Shown in pieces: positions 1 through 8,399 of a DNA stretch of 64,000 bases (positions are counted from its first letter, which is position 1; every line of letters begins with the position of its first letter). The notes beneath the pieces are model-generated. The model made no database searches. It was not told where the DNA came from and was given only the letters and a program-made list of their open reading frames with translations. Made by a program: the position numbers and the translations under genes. The stretch lies in IMG/VR virus record IMGVR_UViG_3300017917_002441, positions 85,074 to 149,073 of that record; one strand, given 5' to 3'. This DNA comes from a virus.

Positions 1-1836
1 GCTGAATATGCCAAAATTGTTCGAGATCTATACCAGAAGGGAGCAGGCCTTGTGGTACTTAATGTACTCATGCCAGAGCCAGACCGCACAGGTGGCGACA
101 GTGCGTTGGGTCAAACTCTAAAGGAATTCCCAGTAGTGCTGGGCAGTGCGCCTGCAAACAACACCAAAAACACTCCACGAGTACCTGGCTCAGCAGTGCT
201 GAATCCCGAGTACCTAGATCAAATCATACAATATCCGGGGTTAATAGCCAACGTTCCGCAATTGGAACGCAATGCCGCTGGTGTTGGCGTCACAGGCACA
301 CTGCCCGAAGTCGACGGTGTTAATCGTCGCATGCCTTTGATTGTTGCAGTAGATGGCAAACTATATCCAGCTCTAAGCTTAGAAACTTTGCGTGTGGCAG
401 CCAACGATTCAACCTTTCAAGTCAAGCTGTTTGAAGGCGGTGTTGAAAAAATGCGCATTCCACAGTTTGGTGTCATTGCAACGGATAGCCTAGGGCGTGT
501 GTGGATTGACTGGAGTCAACAAAGTCAAAGCTACAGTCTAACCAATATACCAAACAATTTAAACGGAGCTATTGTAATAGTAGGCCCTACGGCCGCTGGA
601 ATAGGTAACCCGTTGCCAACTGCTCGTGGTGCTGTGTGGCCGCACGAAGTGCAAGCCGCAGTGATAGGCACCATGGTCAACGGCGTTGTTATACAACGTC
701 CTGACTACGCAGACGGTGTAGAAATCATAGCCCTGGCAGTGGCTAGTATATTACTGCTGTTTTTAACAAGGTGGACTTATGCGGGATTGGCTAGTGTTAT
801 TGTGTTGGTTTGTGGCTCCGTGGCTGGTAGTTGGTGGGCTTTTACTAATCATTTATGGTTATATGACGCTACTGCCTTTGCAGTTGGCACAGTCCTGGTC
901 GCTTTGCATGCCTACGGAGTCAAATTTGTTTCAGAGTTCTTACAGAAACAACAAATAAAGAAACAGTTTGGCACATATCTCTCGCCCGCCATGGTTGAGA
1001 AGTTGCAGAAGAATCCTGAGCTATTAACTTTGGGTGGCGAGTCAAGAGAGTTAAGTATCATGTTCACTGATGTGCGCGGGTTTACTTCGATATCTGAACA
1101 CTATGGTCGAGACGTACAAGGTCTTACTAAAATTATGAACCGGTACATGACTGCAATGACTGCCAAGATCATAGAAAACAACGGAACGTTAGACAAATAC
1201 ATTGGCGATGCACAAATGGCATTTTGGAACGCACCGCTAGACGATGCAGATCACGCAAAAAACGCAGTTCGAACAGCATTAGAAATGATGAGGAGCCTTG
1301 ATGACTTTAATGCAGAAATTACTCAAGAAGGTGTGCCAGCCTTTGGTATGGGTCTTGGAATCAACACCGACACTGTTGTGGTGGGTAATATGGGATCTAG
1401 TCAGCGTTTTGACTATACTTGCCTTGGTGATGGCGTCAATTTGGCTAGCCGATTGGAGGGCCAGAGTAAGCCGTACGGTGTCCGAATTGTACTTGGTCCA
1501 AGGACTGCAGAATTGGTGCAGGAAGAATACTACGTACTAGAACTAGACTGTATTGCTGTTAAAGGCAAAACACAAGGTGTACACATCTATACAGTGCTAG
1601 GGCACAACAATGATGTTGTTGCCGAATCCAATGATAGACAGATGCACGAAGCAATGTTGGCATTGTATCGTCAGAAAAAGTTTGATACAGCTATAAAATT
1701 CTGTCAGGACTTGCGCGGAAGATTCAACGGTGAAATGGATTACTACTACACTGCTTGGATTGAACGTTGTGAAGAAATGAAAAACACCCCTTTGCCCACA
1801 GACTGGGACGGGGTGTATCGTGCTACCAGCAAATAA
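1..1836 (+). CDS. CHASE2-domain membrane adenylate cyclase (class III), 5'-truncated by the window edge
   Basis: Frame open from base 1. CHASE2-like sensor region (EVDGVNRRMPL, GAVWPHEVQA), three TM helices, then cyclase motifs FTDVRGFT, DKYIGDAQMAFW and DYTCLGDGVNLASRLE. Lys/Asp at specificity positions fit an adenylyl cyclase. Confidence 0.92.
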   Translation, partial: AEYAKIVRDLYQKGAGLVVLNVLMPEPDRTGGDSALGQTLKEFPVVLGSAPANNTKNTPRVPGSAVLNPEYLDQIIQYPGLIANVPQLERNAAGVGVTGTLPEVDGVNRRMPLIVAVDGKLYPALSLETLRVAANDSTFQVKLFEGGVEKMRIPQFGVIATDSLGRVWIDWSQQSQSYSLTNIPNNLNGAIVIVGPTAAGIGNPLPTARGAVWPHEVQAAVIGTMVNGVVIQRPDYADGVEIIALAVASILLLFLTRWTYAGLASVIVLVCGSVAGSWWAFTNHLWLYDATAFAVGTVLVALHAYGVKFVSEFLQKQQIKKQFGTYLSPAMVEKLQKNPELLTLGGESRELSIMFTDVRGFTSISEHYGRDVQGLTKIMNRYMTAMTAKIIENNGTLDKYIGDAQMAFWNAPLDDADHAKNAVRTALEMMRSLDDFNAEITQEGVPAFGMGLGINTDTVVVGNMGSSQRFDYTCLGDGVNLASRLEGQSKPYGVRIVLGPRTAELVQEEYYVLELDCIAVKGKTQGVHIYTVLGHNNDVVAESNDRQMHEAMLALYRQKKFDTAIKFCQDLRGRFNGEMDYYYTAWIERCEEMKNTPLPTDWDGVYRATSK

Positions 1837-1838
1837 AT

Positions 1839-2132
1839 TTACTGAGCCTTGTCAACAGATTTGTTGATTTTCTTGTCAGCTTCCATGCGTTCGCGTTCAA
1901 TTTTATCGCCACGCAAATGCAAAGTCACAGTGACCTTTTGATTGAGTCTGATCAAATCGTTATCCAACATACGAATACGATCGATCAAGGCAATTAATGT
2001 GGTGTTGGCTTCGCTCAACACTGGCTTGATTTCTGTTGTTGCCCACTTCCATACATAAAATATCAAGTAGCCCATGCCCCCGGCAGCTACTATAGGAAAT
2101 CCATATTTGTTAACTAATTCTACAATGTCCAT
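1839..2132 (-). CDS. Small single-TM coiled-coil membrane protein (YvrJ/holin-like GFPI motif)
   Basis: N-terminal YGFPIVAAGGMGYLIFYVW helix followed by a heptad-like segment. Paralogue of 2621-2899. Confidence 0.6.
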   Translation of the reverse strand: MDIVELVNKYGFPIVAAGGMGYLIFYVWKWATTEIKPVLSEANTTLIALIDRIRMLDNDLIRLNQKVTVTLHLRGDKIERERMEADKKINKSVDKAQ

Positions 2133-2135
2133 ACT

Positions 2136-2285
2136 TTACCCCAATAAAATTCCAACAACAACACCGATTGCAAACGCAACACTGGCAACATAAAACAAAT
2201 CTCGGTCATGCCATAGAGGTTGATTTTTTAAATATATTTTGGTATGTTCAGGTAGACTGTTGTACCATTGGCTCCATTTGTCCAT
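2136..2285 (-). CDS. Small membrane protein (49 aa, not in ORF track)
   Basis: Read manually: MDKWSQWYNSLPEHTKIYLKNQPLWHDRDLFYVASVAFAIGVVVGILLG*. C-terminal TM helix; fills the gap in the operon. Confidence 0.55.
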   Translation of the reverse strand: MDKWSQWYNSLPEHTKIYLKNQPLWHDRDLFYVASVAFAIGVVVGILLG

Positions 2286-2430
2286 GTTGTAATCCTTGTT
2301 GTACTAATGCATTTAATTGGTCGGCGCATCGTCTAATATCTTGCGACAGTTCTCCGTTACCAATGTCCTTTTCAACATCTCTTGCTACGTCATGCAGTTT
2401 AATTACGTCATCTACTAGTCTAAGAATCAT
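2248..2430 (-). CDS. Hypothetical protein
   Basis: ORF 2248-2475; likely start at MILRLVDD, just after the upstream small gene. Confidence 0.5.
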   Translation of the reverse strand: MILRLVDDVIKLHDVARDVEKDIGNGELSQDIRRCADQLNALVQQGLQHGQMEPMVQQST

Positions 2431-2440
2431 GTGATGCCTC

Positions 2441-2620
2441 TCAATCAATTTTGTTAACAAACTTTTCAAACGCATCTAGCCGACGCAGCCAACGCTGGCC
2501 GTCAATCTCAACCAGCTGAAAAACGTCACCGGGATTCCAAGTTAGTTTTGCAACATTGATCTCTTCGTCAAGTTTGATACCGTTGGGATACAAGTCCCAG
2601 TCATAATCAACGTACTTCAT
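2441..2620 (-). CDS. Small AbrB/MazE-like protein (59 aa, not in ORF track)
   Basis: MKYVDYDWDLYPNGIKLDEEINVAKLTWNPGDVFQLVEIDGQRWLRRLDAFEKFVNKID*. LxWxxGD swapped-hairpin-like motif; abuts the upstream stop. Confidence 0.5.
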   Translation of the reverse strand: MKYVDYDWDLYPNGIKLDEEINVAKLTWNPGDVFQLVEIDGQRWLRRLDAFEKFVNKID

Positions 2621-2899
2621 TTAGTCCCTTCTAGCATCACTTTGTTCTGCTCGAGCAATACGATCTAAGTCAGGTTCTAGCCCTAGAGCATGCGATACTT
2701 TGGTGTCAATACGTACAACGTCGTGATTCATGGCAGCCACACGTTTGTCTAATGCGCCAATAATACCGGCCATGCCTTTAACGCTGGAGGTAACTCCAGC
2801 AAGAATAAATTTCAGTGTTAGAAATACAAAATAGCCGGCTGCAATAGCGGCTGCGATTGGAAAACCTAGTTCTGCAACTAGCTTGAAAAACTCACCCAT
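2621..2899 (-). CDS. Small single-TM membrane protein (YvrJ/holin-like GFPI motif)
   Basis: LGFPIAAAIAAGYFVFLTL helix, AAGGAG RBS, TAAATA upstream (2936-2941). Confidence 0.6.
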   Translation of the reverse strand: MGEFFKLVAELGFPIAAAIAAGYFVFLTLKFILAGVTSSVKGMAGIIGALDKRVAAMNHDVVRIDTKVSHALGLEPDLDRIARAEQSDARRD

Positions 2900-2944
2900 G
2901 TTGGCTCCTTGAAGGATATAATTTTATTATGCAATTATTTATTA

Positions 2945-4036
2945 TTACCGCTGTATAATAGTGATCACTGTGGTTCCGCCGCGATTAATCTGCTGTGTTA
3001 ATGGTGTACCGTCTTGCACAATGTTTAGCATAACATCAGCTTCAAGATCCACAGTTACTTGTGCAGTGTGTGTGGTTTGTTTGCGTAGCACTAGTTTGGT
3101 GTCGTCTTCGTTTTTTCCGTAAGTTAGCCCACTGGCAGCTGAGTACCCTGGCAACATTGTTTGTTCAGCTAATATAGCTTCTTGACTAGCAGACAACGTT
3201 TGGTTGGCCACGTCCAGCATGTTTGTTAAAAAATTAACGTCCAAGTAGTTGATATCTAGTTCAACAAATTTTCGAAGTTGGTCTTGGTCCAGTTCGTCAT
3301 ATTTTAAAAAATCTTGATTTAAAAAATTTACATCTAATACAGTGCGTTGATCTGTGTTGTTGTCTTTTTCCGTGCTTTGCTTAATCTCAGGTGGCGGGCT
3401 AACAATCAATAAGTTGTTGATGTTAGCAGGGTCTACAGTTACTACCACAGGAGCGGTTGGCGGAGTTGACAAGCTGGCAACCAAAGTAGCTTGAAAAGGT
3501 TGGTCTAGTAATACAACCCCGGCATCATTGCTGACCATAATAGCCCCAGTGACACAGGCTCGTGAATCACAGCTGGGCAATAGCATAACCAGGCTACGGC
3601 CCAGTTCGTCTACAGTCATTGAAAAATCTGTACCACGCACTGCCACTGTAGCAGTGGGGGTCTGTACGTTGACATTTTGCGGTGAGTTTTTTGCTATCTG
3701 CCCTGATGCGTATCTAGCAGTGCCTTGTACCATTTTCATGGCCAATTTGCCAGATCCTTTTTTTGGATCATACACAAAGTCGTCTATCACCAACTTTGAT
3801 TGTTCGGTAATTTTAACAGTGGTATTGTCGTCAAATGTGAGTTGAGCTTTTGCTCGAGCAGTTACCACAGTGTCGTTCATCTCCACGGCGGAATTTACAT
3901 TACTCGATACAGACTTTTTGTTGCGTATGATTTCAGTAGGGCCAGTTTGTTCTGTTACCCGGCCCACTGCCGCCCAATTAGTCTGACTGAATAATGCTAA
4001 TATTATTGAGATTGCCAGTGCTGTTGACCGTGACAC
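2945..4036 (-). CDS. Secreted FecR-domain protein
   Basis: Signal peptide and FecR motifs (DTVVT, LTFDDNTTVKITEQSKLVID, VQTPTATVAVRGTDF). Confidence 0.85.
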   Translation of the reverse strand: MSRSTALAISIILALFSQTNWAAVGRVTEQTGPTEIIRNKKSVSSNVNSAVEMNDTVVTARAKAQLTFDDNTTVKITEQSKLVIDDFVYDPKKGSGKLAMKMVQGTARYASGQIAKNSPQNVNVQTPTATVAVRGTDFSMTVDELGRSLVMLLPSCDSRACVTGAIMVSNDAGVVLLDQPFQATLVASLSTPPTAPVVVTVDPANINNLLIVSPPPEIKQSTEKDNNTDQRTVLDVNFLNQDFLKYDELDQDQLRKFVELDINYLDVNFLTNMLDVANQTLSASQEAILAEQTMLPGYSAASGLTYGKNEDDTKLVLRKQTTHTAQVTVDLEADVMLNIVQDGTPLTQQINRGGTTVITIIQR

Positions 4037-4601
4037 TCTTGTTTAACATTCCACTTTGTGTTACTGCTACAGTGTTGGTATTGCCAGTCACTGTGATATC
4101 TGCTGAAGTTGTGCCAGTAGCAGTGCTGGTATGAGTCACAGTGTTAGTGTCCCCCGCAACAGTGATGTTACTGGTGTGATTTGCGCCAGCACCTAGAGTC
4201 TGTGTTATGGTGTTGTTGTCACCGTTCACAGTTTGTGTGATAGTACTACCGCCGCAGGTTGATGACACTGTGCTACCACATGTGATTTCCTGAGTGTTGG
4301 TACTGCCAATGGTTGCAACAGCCACAGTTGTAGCCGCACCGTTTACCACCATGTTCAACACATTGTTGCTACCAATTTGATCTATAGTAACAGTGTTTGC
4401 ACCTGACCCAATGTATGCTGGATTCAAACTTGATCCAACTCGATTATCACTACCGTCTTGGGTAATGGTAATAGTACTGCCGCTGCCAATTTGTTCAACA
4501 TAAACTTCGTTGGCATGCCCCGGCATTATCATCGCAGACAATGCTAGAATTGCAAGTATTTTTTTCGACAACTTGCCAGCGCCTGTTCTTCCTTTTTTCA
4601 T
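3978..4601 (-). CDS. Curlin-like (CsgA/CsgB-type) repeat protein
   Basis: Signal peptide, then Q/N/G/T-rich beta-arc repeats (VEQIGSGSTITITQDGSDN, IDQIGSNN, VNGDNN, VTGNTNTVAVTQSG). Lies directly downstream of csgG. Confidence 0.7.
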   Translation of the reverse strand: MKKGRTGAGKLSKKILAILALSAMIMPGHANEVYVEQIGSGSTITITQDGSDNRVGSSLNPAYIGSGANTVTIDQIGSNNVLNMVVNGAATTVAVATIGSTNTQEITCGSTVSSTCGGSTITQTVNGDNNTITQTLGAGANHTSNITVAGDTNTVTHTSTATGTTSADITVTGNTNTVAVTQSGMLNKSVTVNSTGNLNNISIIQSD

Positions 4602-4603
4602 TT

Positions 4604-5383
4604 TTATTGTTTTCCTCGGAATCTCCAGAGCCCTCTTTTCTCACCCTCAACAATCATTTCGTAAACACCTTGTTCAATGGCTACACGAACTGCATAGTTT
4701 GTGGGTTCATTCAATGCGGCACCGCTTTCTAACTCAACACTGTTGGTGCTTTGATCAACAAAGCGCAACACGCCGACATTGTGTGCAGTGCTATAGATAG
4801 TCTTGGAAACAGCGTTGGTCAGTAAAACTTCGCCCGAGTTAACGCTGATTAATCTTAAACTGATTACAACTTCATCAACTCGATACTGTTGGCTCCCACC
4901 GATTCCCAAAAATCTAGCACCATTACCACCGGATCGTATATTGCTATCGTATCCAATAATGCCTCCTTCTATCATGATACCAGCCACTGTGAGTGGCTTC
5001 AAGGGCTTGGCATCTTTGCCCTCGTAAACTTCACGCTGGTTGCGTATAAGTTGACGTTCTTTGACCAAGTTGTCTAATCCCACACGTTCAACAACTCGAA
5101 ACCAATTTTTACTATCTTGTAAACTCTTTATTAGATACACTTCGGCGCCCTGAGTAACTGCTTTACTAAACAGTGCCAGTTTATCATTGGGTTTCATTTG
5201 TCCGGTTTTGTCTGCAAACCCATACACAGCTATGGTCATGGGAGGACCGTCTAGTGCAGGCAAATTGTTCAGCAAGTTCTCACGTGGTTGCAAGGCCACC
5301 GGTTCTTCTCGAGCCAATTCCATGTGTATATTGGCACAGCCACTCAGCGTTAACAAAACAATAATAGCGATTAGGTACTTCAT
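4604..5383 (-). CDS. csgG: Curli production assembly/transport lipoprotein CsgG
   Basis: Lipobox LSGC; IAVYGFADKTGQ, SKAVTQGA, WFRVVERVGLDNLVKERQLIR, EGGIIGYDSN and GARFLGIG motifs. Confidence 0.93.
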   Translation of the reverse strand: MKYLIAIIVLLTLSGCANIHMELAREEPVALQPRENLLNNLPALDGPPMTIAVYGFADKTGQMKPNDKLALFSKAVTQGAEVYLIKSLQDSKNWFRVVERVGLDNLVKERQLIRNQREVYEGKDAKPLKPLTVAGIMIEGGIIGYDSNIRSGGNGARFLGIGGSQQYRVDEVVISLRLISVNSGEVLLTNAVSKTIYSTAHNVGVLRFVDQSTNSVELESGAALNEPTNYAVRVAIEQGVYEMIVEGEKRGLWRFRGKQ

Positions 5384-5829
5384 TAGAATGCAAAGCTCGC
5401 TATTGGAACAGTAATGTCAGTTCTATTACCGTTGGACTCTATTATGGTTAGAGTAACATCTGCGCCAGTCTTGACCCAACTTATATTTGTTCCTTGAAAG
5501 TCTAAGTTGCCAGATGTGGCACCGCCATCGGCAAACATTGCGTCTGCCAGTTGTTTGGATAATTGTGCGTAGATACGTGATTCAACGTTGACTAAGAACT
5601 TGGCCAAGTTAGTATTCTTGGCATCACGTTCGGCCTTGTCGGCCAAGGCCTTGGCTTCGTCTCGGAGTTTTTGTTTGCGTTGGTTTTCCAACTGCTCGAT
5701 TGTCAGGACGTGGCTACTATACCCTTGTCCTGAGAAGGCTGGCGAGTTGAACTGATGCACCAGTTCGGTGGCGTGGCTCCGGCCGATAATTACTACTGCC
5801 AGGGCGCCTGCGATTATAATTTTATTCAT
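5383..5829 (-). CDS. csgF: Curli production assembly/transport component CsgF
   Basis: Signal peptide, then mature N-terminus TELVHQFNSPAFSG; ESRIYAQLS motif and C-terminal TDITVP. Adjacent to csgG. Confidence 0.85.
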   Translation of the reverse strand: MNKIIIAGALAVVIIGRSHATELVHQFNSPAFSGQGYSSHVLTIEQLENQRKQKLRDEAKALADKAERDAKNTNLAKFLVNVESRIYAQLSKQLADAMFADGGATSGNLDFQGTNISWVKTGADVTLTIIESNGNRTDITVPIASFAF

Positions 5830-5833
5830 GACA

Positions 5834-5862
5834 ATCCCCGTGCTTAGTATTTACACGGGGAT
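5834..5862 (-). promoter_or_regulatory. Late promoter (TAAATA) in the loop of a 9-bp hairpin that sequesters the csgF RBS
   Basis: Minus strand reads ATCCCCGTG-TAAATACTAAG-CACGGGGAT-TGTC-ATG. Confidence 0.65.
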
Positions 5863-5910
5863 GGTCAATTTAAATGTAGCTAGATTTTCTTGTTCTAGAA
5901 CAAAAAGTTT

Positions 5911-6165
5911 TTACTTTTTTGGTTTTGTGGTCTTGTTAGCTCCAGAGCTAACAGTCTTTTTTGGTTGTGGCTTTCGTGTTGGCTTGTTGCCTGTGGCCAC
6001 AGGATCAACTGGCTTCTTGGCTGGTTGCTTGCGACTGTTCACAACAGGCTTTACAGGATTGACCACTGGCGTTTCTGCCACCGGCGGCACTGGTGCTTCG
6101 ATCTTGTAAGGCGCCGCTGGTTCGGCCTGTTTGATACCAAAAAGGTTTGTGATGAATTTTAACAT
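5911..6165 (-). CDS. Pro/Lys-rich hypothetical protein
   Basis: AAGGAG RBS, TAAATA upstream, low-complexity basic tail. Confidence 0.65.
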   Translation of the reverse strand: MLKFITNLFGIKQAEPAAPYKIEAPVPPVAETPVVNPVKPVVNSRKQPAKKPVDPVATGNKPTRKPQPKKTVSSGANKTTKPKK

Positions 6166-6222
6166 GAGTTATCTCCTTAGGAAATTATTTAACCATAATT
6201 TTGGTTTTGGCAGAATTTGTTT

Positions 6223-6252
6223 ATGTGCGGCCGCAACATTTTTAGCTAAATA
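6223..6252 (+). promoter_or_regulatory. TGC-N4-GCA palindrome (PhaR-box-like) followed by a TAAATA promoter motif
   Basis: ATGTGCGGCCGCAACAT-N7-TAAATA, the same spacing as at 8299-8328. Confidence 0.45.
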
Positions 6253-6310
6253 TATCAGTAGAAACCATGAGTCGCTACACACATTATAAATTACTCACAA
6301 GGAAATCATC

Positions 6311-6439
6311 ATGAAATTTATCAATAACATAACCTCAGCATTTGCATCTATGTTAGAAAGCTTACATACAGCTAGACAAGCAACAGCGTTGACCAGACTA
6401 GGCAAGTGGCAACAAGCCCAAGCACTGTACAAAAACTAA
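6311..6439 (+). CDS. Small hypothetical protein (42 aa, not in ORF track)
   Basis: AAGGA RBS; MKFINNITSAFASMLESLHTARQATALTRLGKWQQAQALYKN*. Confidence 0.55.
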   Translation: MKFINNITSAFASMLESLHTARQATALTRLGKWQQAQALYKN

Positions 6440-6442
6440 AAA

Positions 6443-6988
6443 ATGATAGCAACGACATTTCTCCACCAAGATGACTACCACTTGTACGGCTCGTGGTTAA
6501 AACAGCAAGATATAGAAACATTGCAACTATATTTTGGAGTCACAGTTACCACAGGATACATTGATCGGTTAATGGAACGTATTACTCGAGATCCTGAAAA
6601 ACACCGATTTTTAGTGGCATTTAATCACGATAGATGGCTTGGAGTGGTACATATAGCTGATACACCTGATTTAGGGGCAGAGTTTGGATTCATTGTAAGC
6701 AAGAGCTTTCGTGGCCAAGGGATTGGGGATCGTCTAATGGACGAAGCTACTACTTGGTGCAGAAATCGCAGATATCAACGATTGTATTTGCACTGTTTGA
6801 GTTGGAATGAACCCATTAAAAAATTGTGTCGCAAGCACGGTTTAGAAATACATCGTAACAATGGAGATTCAGAAGTTGAAGTTGATTTACCGCCCCCTAG
6901 TTTTTTTAGTATTGGCAAAGAAATTTCTTCAGTTCAACGCAACTTGTTTACTATGATGTTAGATCGCACATTGAACCCAACGCAATAA
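6443..6988 (+). CDS. GNAT family N-acetyltransferase
   Basis: AEFGFIVSKSFRGQGIGDRLM acetyl-CoA motif; NEPIKKLCRKHG. Confidence 0.88.
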   Translation: MIATTFLHQDDYHLYGSWLKQQDIETLQLYFGVTVTTGYIDRLMERITRDPEKHRFLVAFNHDRWLGVVHIADTPDLGAEFGFIVSKSFRGQGIGDRLMDEATTWCRNRRYQRLYLHCLSWNEPIKKLCRKHGLEIHRNNGDSEVEVDLPPPSFFSIGKEISSVQRNLFTMMLDRTLNPTQ

Positions 6989-6989
6989 A

Positions 6990-7574
6990 ATGATAGTTTA
7001 CATACACGGCGCCAGTGCTACTGCTGAAAGCTTTACGCATATCAGGCAATATGTCAGGGATACGTTTGAAGAACCTGACATCATGCTTGAATACAAAAGC
7101 GACGACGGCTTTGCCCATAATCTTGCTGAAATGAAAGGCAAGCTTGATGGCGAAGAAAGATTGTTTTTTATCAGTCACAGTCTAGGTGGTATCTATGCTT
7201 TGTATTTGGCCAATCATTATCAAGAAACAACACACGGGGGAGTTAGTTTAAGTACTCCATACGGTGGAAGCAAGGAAGCAGATTTTGCTCGTTATTTCCT
7301 GCCGTTCAATAGACTCATGAAAGACATTGGTTCAACGAGTCATCCAATGCGAGTAGCACGTGAATTACCTGCACCTCCAAATTGGACACAAATTATTTCA
7401 ACTGTGGGACAAAGTCCTTGGATACGTGATGACAATGACGGTGTGGTTACACTGGACAGCATGCGATTCCGCAAAGACTTTGAGCAGATAGAAGTTCCTT
7501 TAAATCATTATGAAGTTGTTATTAGTGATCGAGTGGTTGAGATAATCTTAGATAGGATTAAAAGATCATTATGA
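6990..7574 (+). CDS. Alpha/beta hydrolase (lipase/esterase-like)
   Basis: YIHG, nucleophile elbow SHSLGG, STPYGGS, NDGVV and the catalytic His in NHYEV. Confidence 0.88.
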   Translation: MIVYIHGASATAESFTHIRQYVRDTFEEPDIMLEYKSDDGFAHNLAEMKGKLDGEERLFFISHSLGGIYALYLANHYQETTHGGVSLSTPYGGSKEADFARYFLPFNRLMKDIGSTSHPMRVARELPAPPNWTQIISTVGQSPWIRDDNDGVVTLDSMRFRKDFEQIEVPLNHYEVVISDRVVEIILDRIKRSL

Positions 7575-8281
7575 TAGAACTAATATACACCTTGGTTATG
7601 GTACAAATTACCATTGCCTGCGTTACACTGTATTTGCATCGCAGTCAGGCACATCGCGCTGTGCAGTTTCACCCGGCAGTAGCACACTTTATGCGAGCTT
7701 GGCTGTGGATGACCACAGGCATGGTTACTCGACAGTGGGTCGCTATACATCGTCAGCATCATCAAGCGTCAGATACGCCACTGGACCCGCACAGTCCACA
7801 AGTTTATGGCATTTGGCGTGTGCTATTTGGCGGAGCATTTTTGTATCATCAAGCCAGTAAAAATAAAGCCATGATTGATCGTTTGGGCATGGGCACGCCG
7901 GATGACTGGGTAGAGCGCAATGTTTACTCAACACACAGTAGACTGGGCATTGTGCTGATGTTGTTGATCAATGTGTTGTTGTTTGGCTGGTGGGGATTTG
8001 TAATTTGGGGCATACAAATGATCTGGATTCCGTTTTGGGCCGCTGGTGTAGTCAATGGACTGTGTCACTGGTGGGGGTATAGAAATAACGAAACTCAAGA
8101 CACCAGCAGAAATCTGTGGCCTTGGGCCGTATGGATCGGCGGCGAAGAATTGCACAATGGGCATCACGCCGATGGTGCCAATCCCAAATTTAGCCAAAAA
8201 TGGTGGGAATTTGATATTGGGTGGGCGTACATACAAATACTACGCAGTTTGGGATTGGCAAAATTGAGAACCCCGCAATAA
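7571..8281 (+). CDS. Membrane acyl-CoA (delta-9 type) fatty acid desaturase
   Basis: His boxes HRSQAH, HRQHH and HNGHH; GGEELHN; WWEFDIGW. Confidence 0.92.
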   Translation: MIELIYTLVMVQITIACVTLYLHRSQAHRAVQFHPAVAHFMRAWLWMTTGMVTRQWVAIHRQHHQASDTPLDPHSPQVYGIWRVLFGGAFLYHQASKNKAMIDRLGMGTPDDWVERNVYSTHSRLGIVLMLLINVLLFGWWGFVIWGIQMIWIPFWAAGVVNGLCHWWGYRNNETQDTSRNLWPWAVWIGGEELHNGHHADGANPKFSQKWWEFDIGWAYIQILRSLGLAKLRTPQ

Positions 8282-8298
8282 TCAAACTGGCTAGGAAA

Positions 8299-8328
8299 AT
8301 GTTGCAGAGCAACATATAATCATAAATA
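8299..8328 (+). promoter_or_regulatory. Palindromic operator ATGTTGC-AGA-GCAACAT (PhaR-box-like) plus TAAATA
   Basis: Perfect 7-bp arms containing TGC-N3-GCA, upstream of the phasin-like gene. Confidence 0.5.
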
Positions 8329-8399
8329 AGTTGGAGATGAGAAGTTGCTGGGTGGTCCGGGGCTTCAAATAACGCTCGCTTTATACAAGGAGAAACAAA

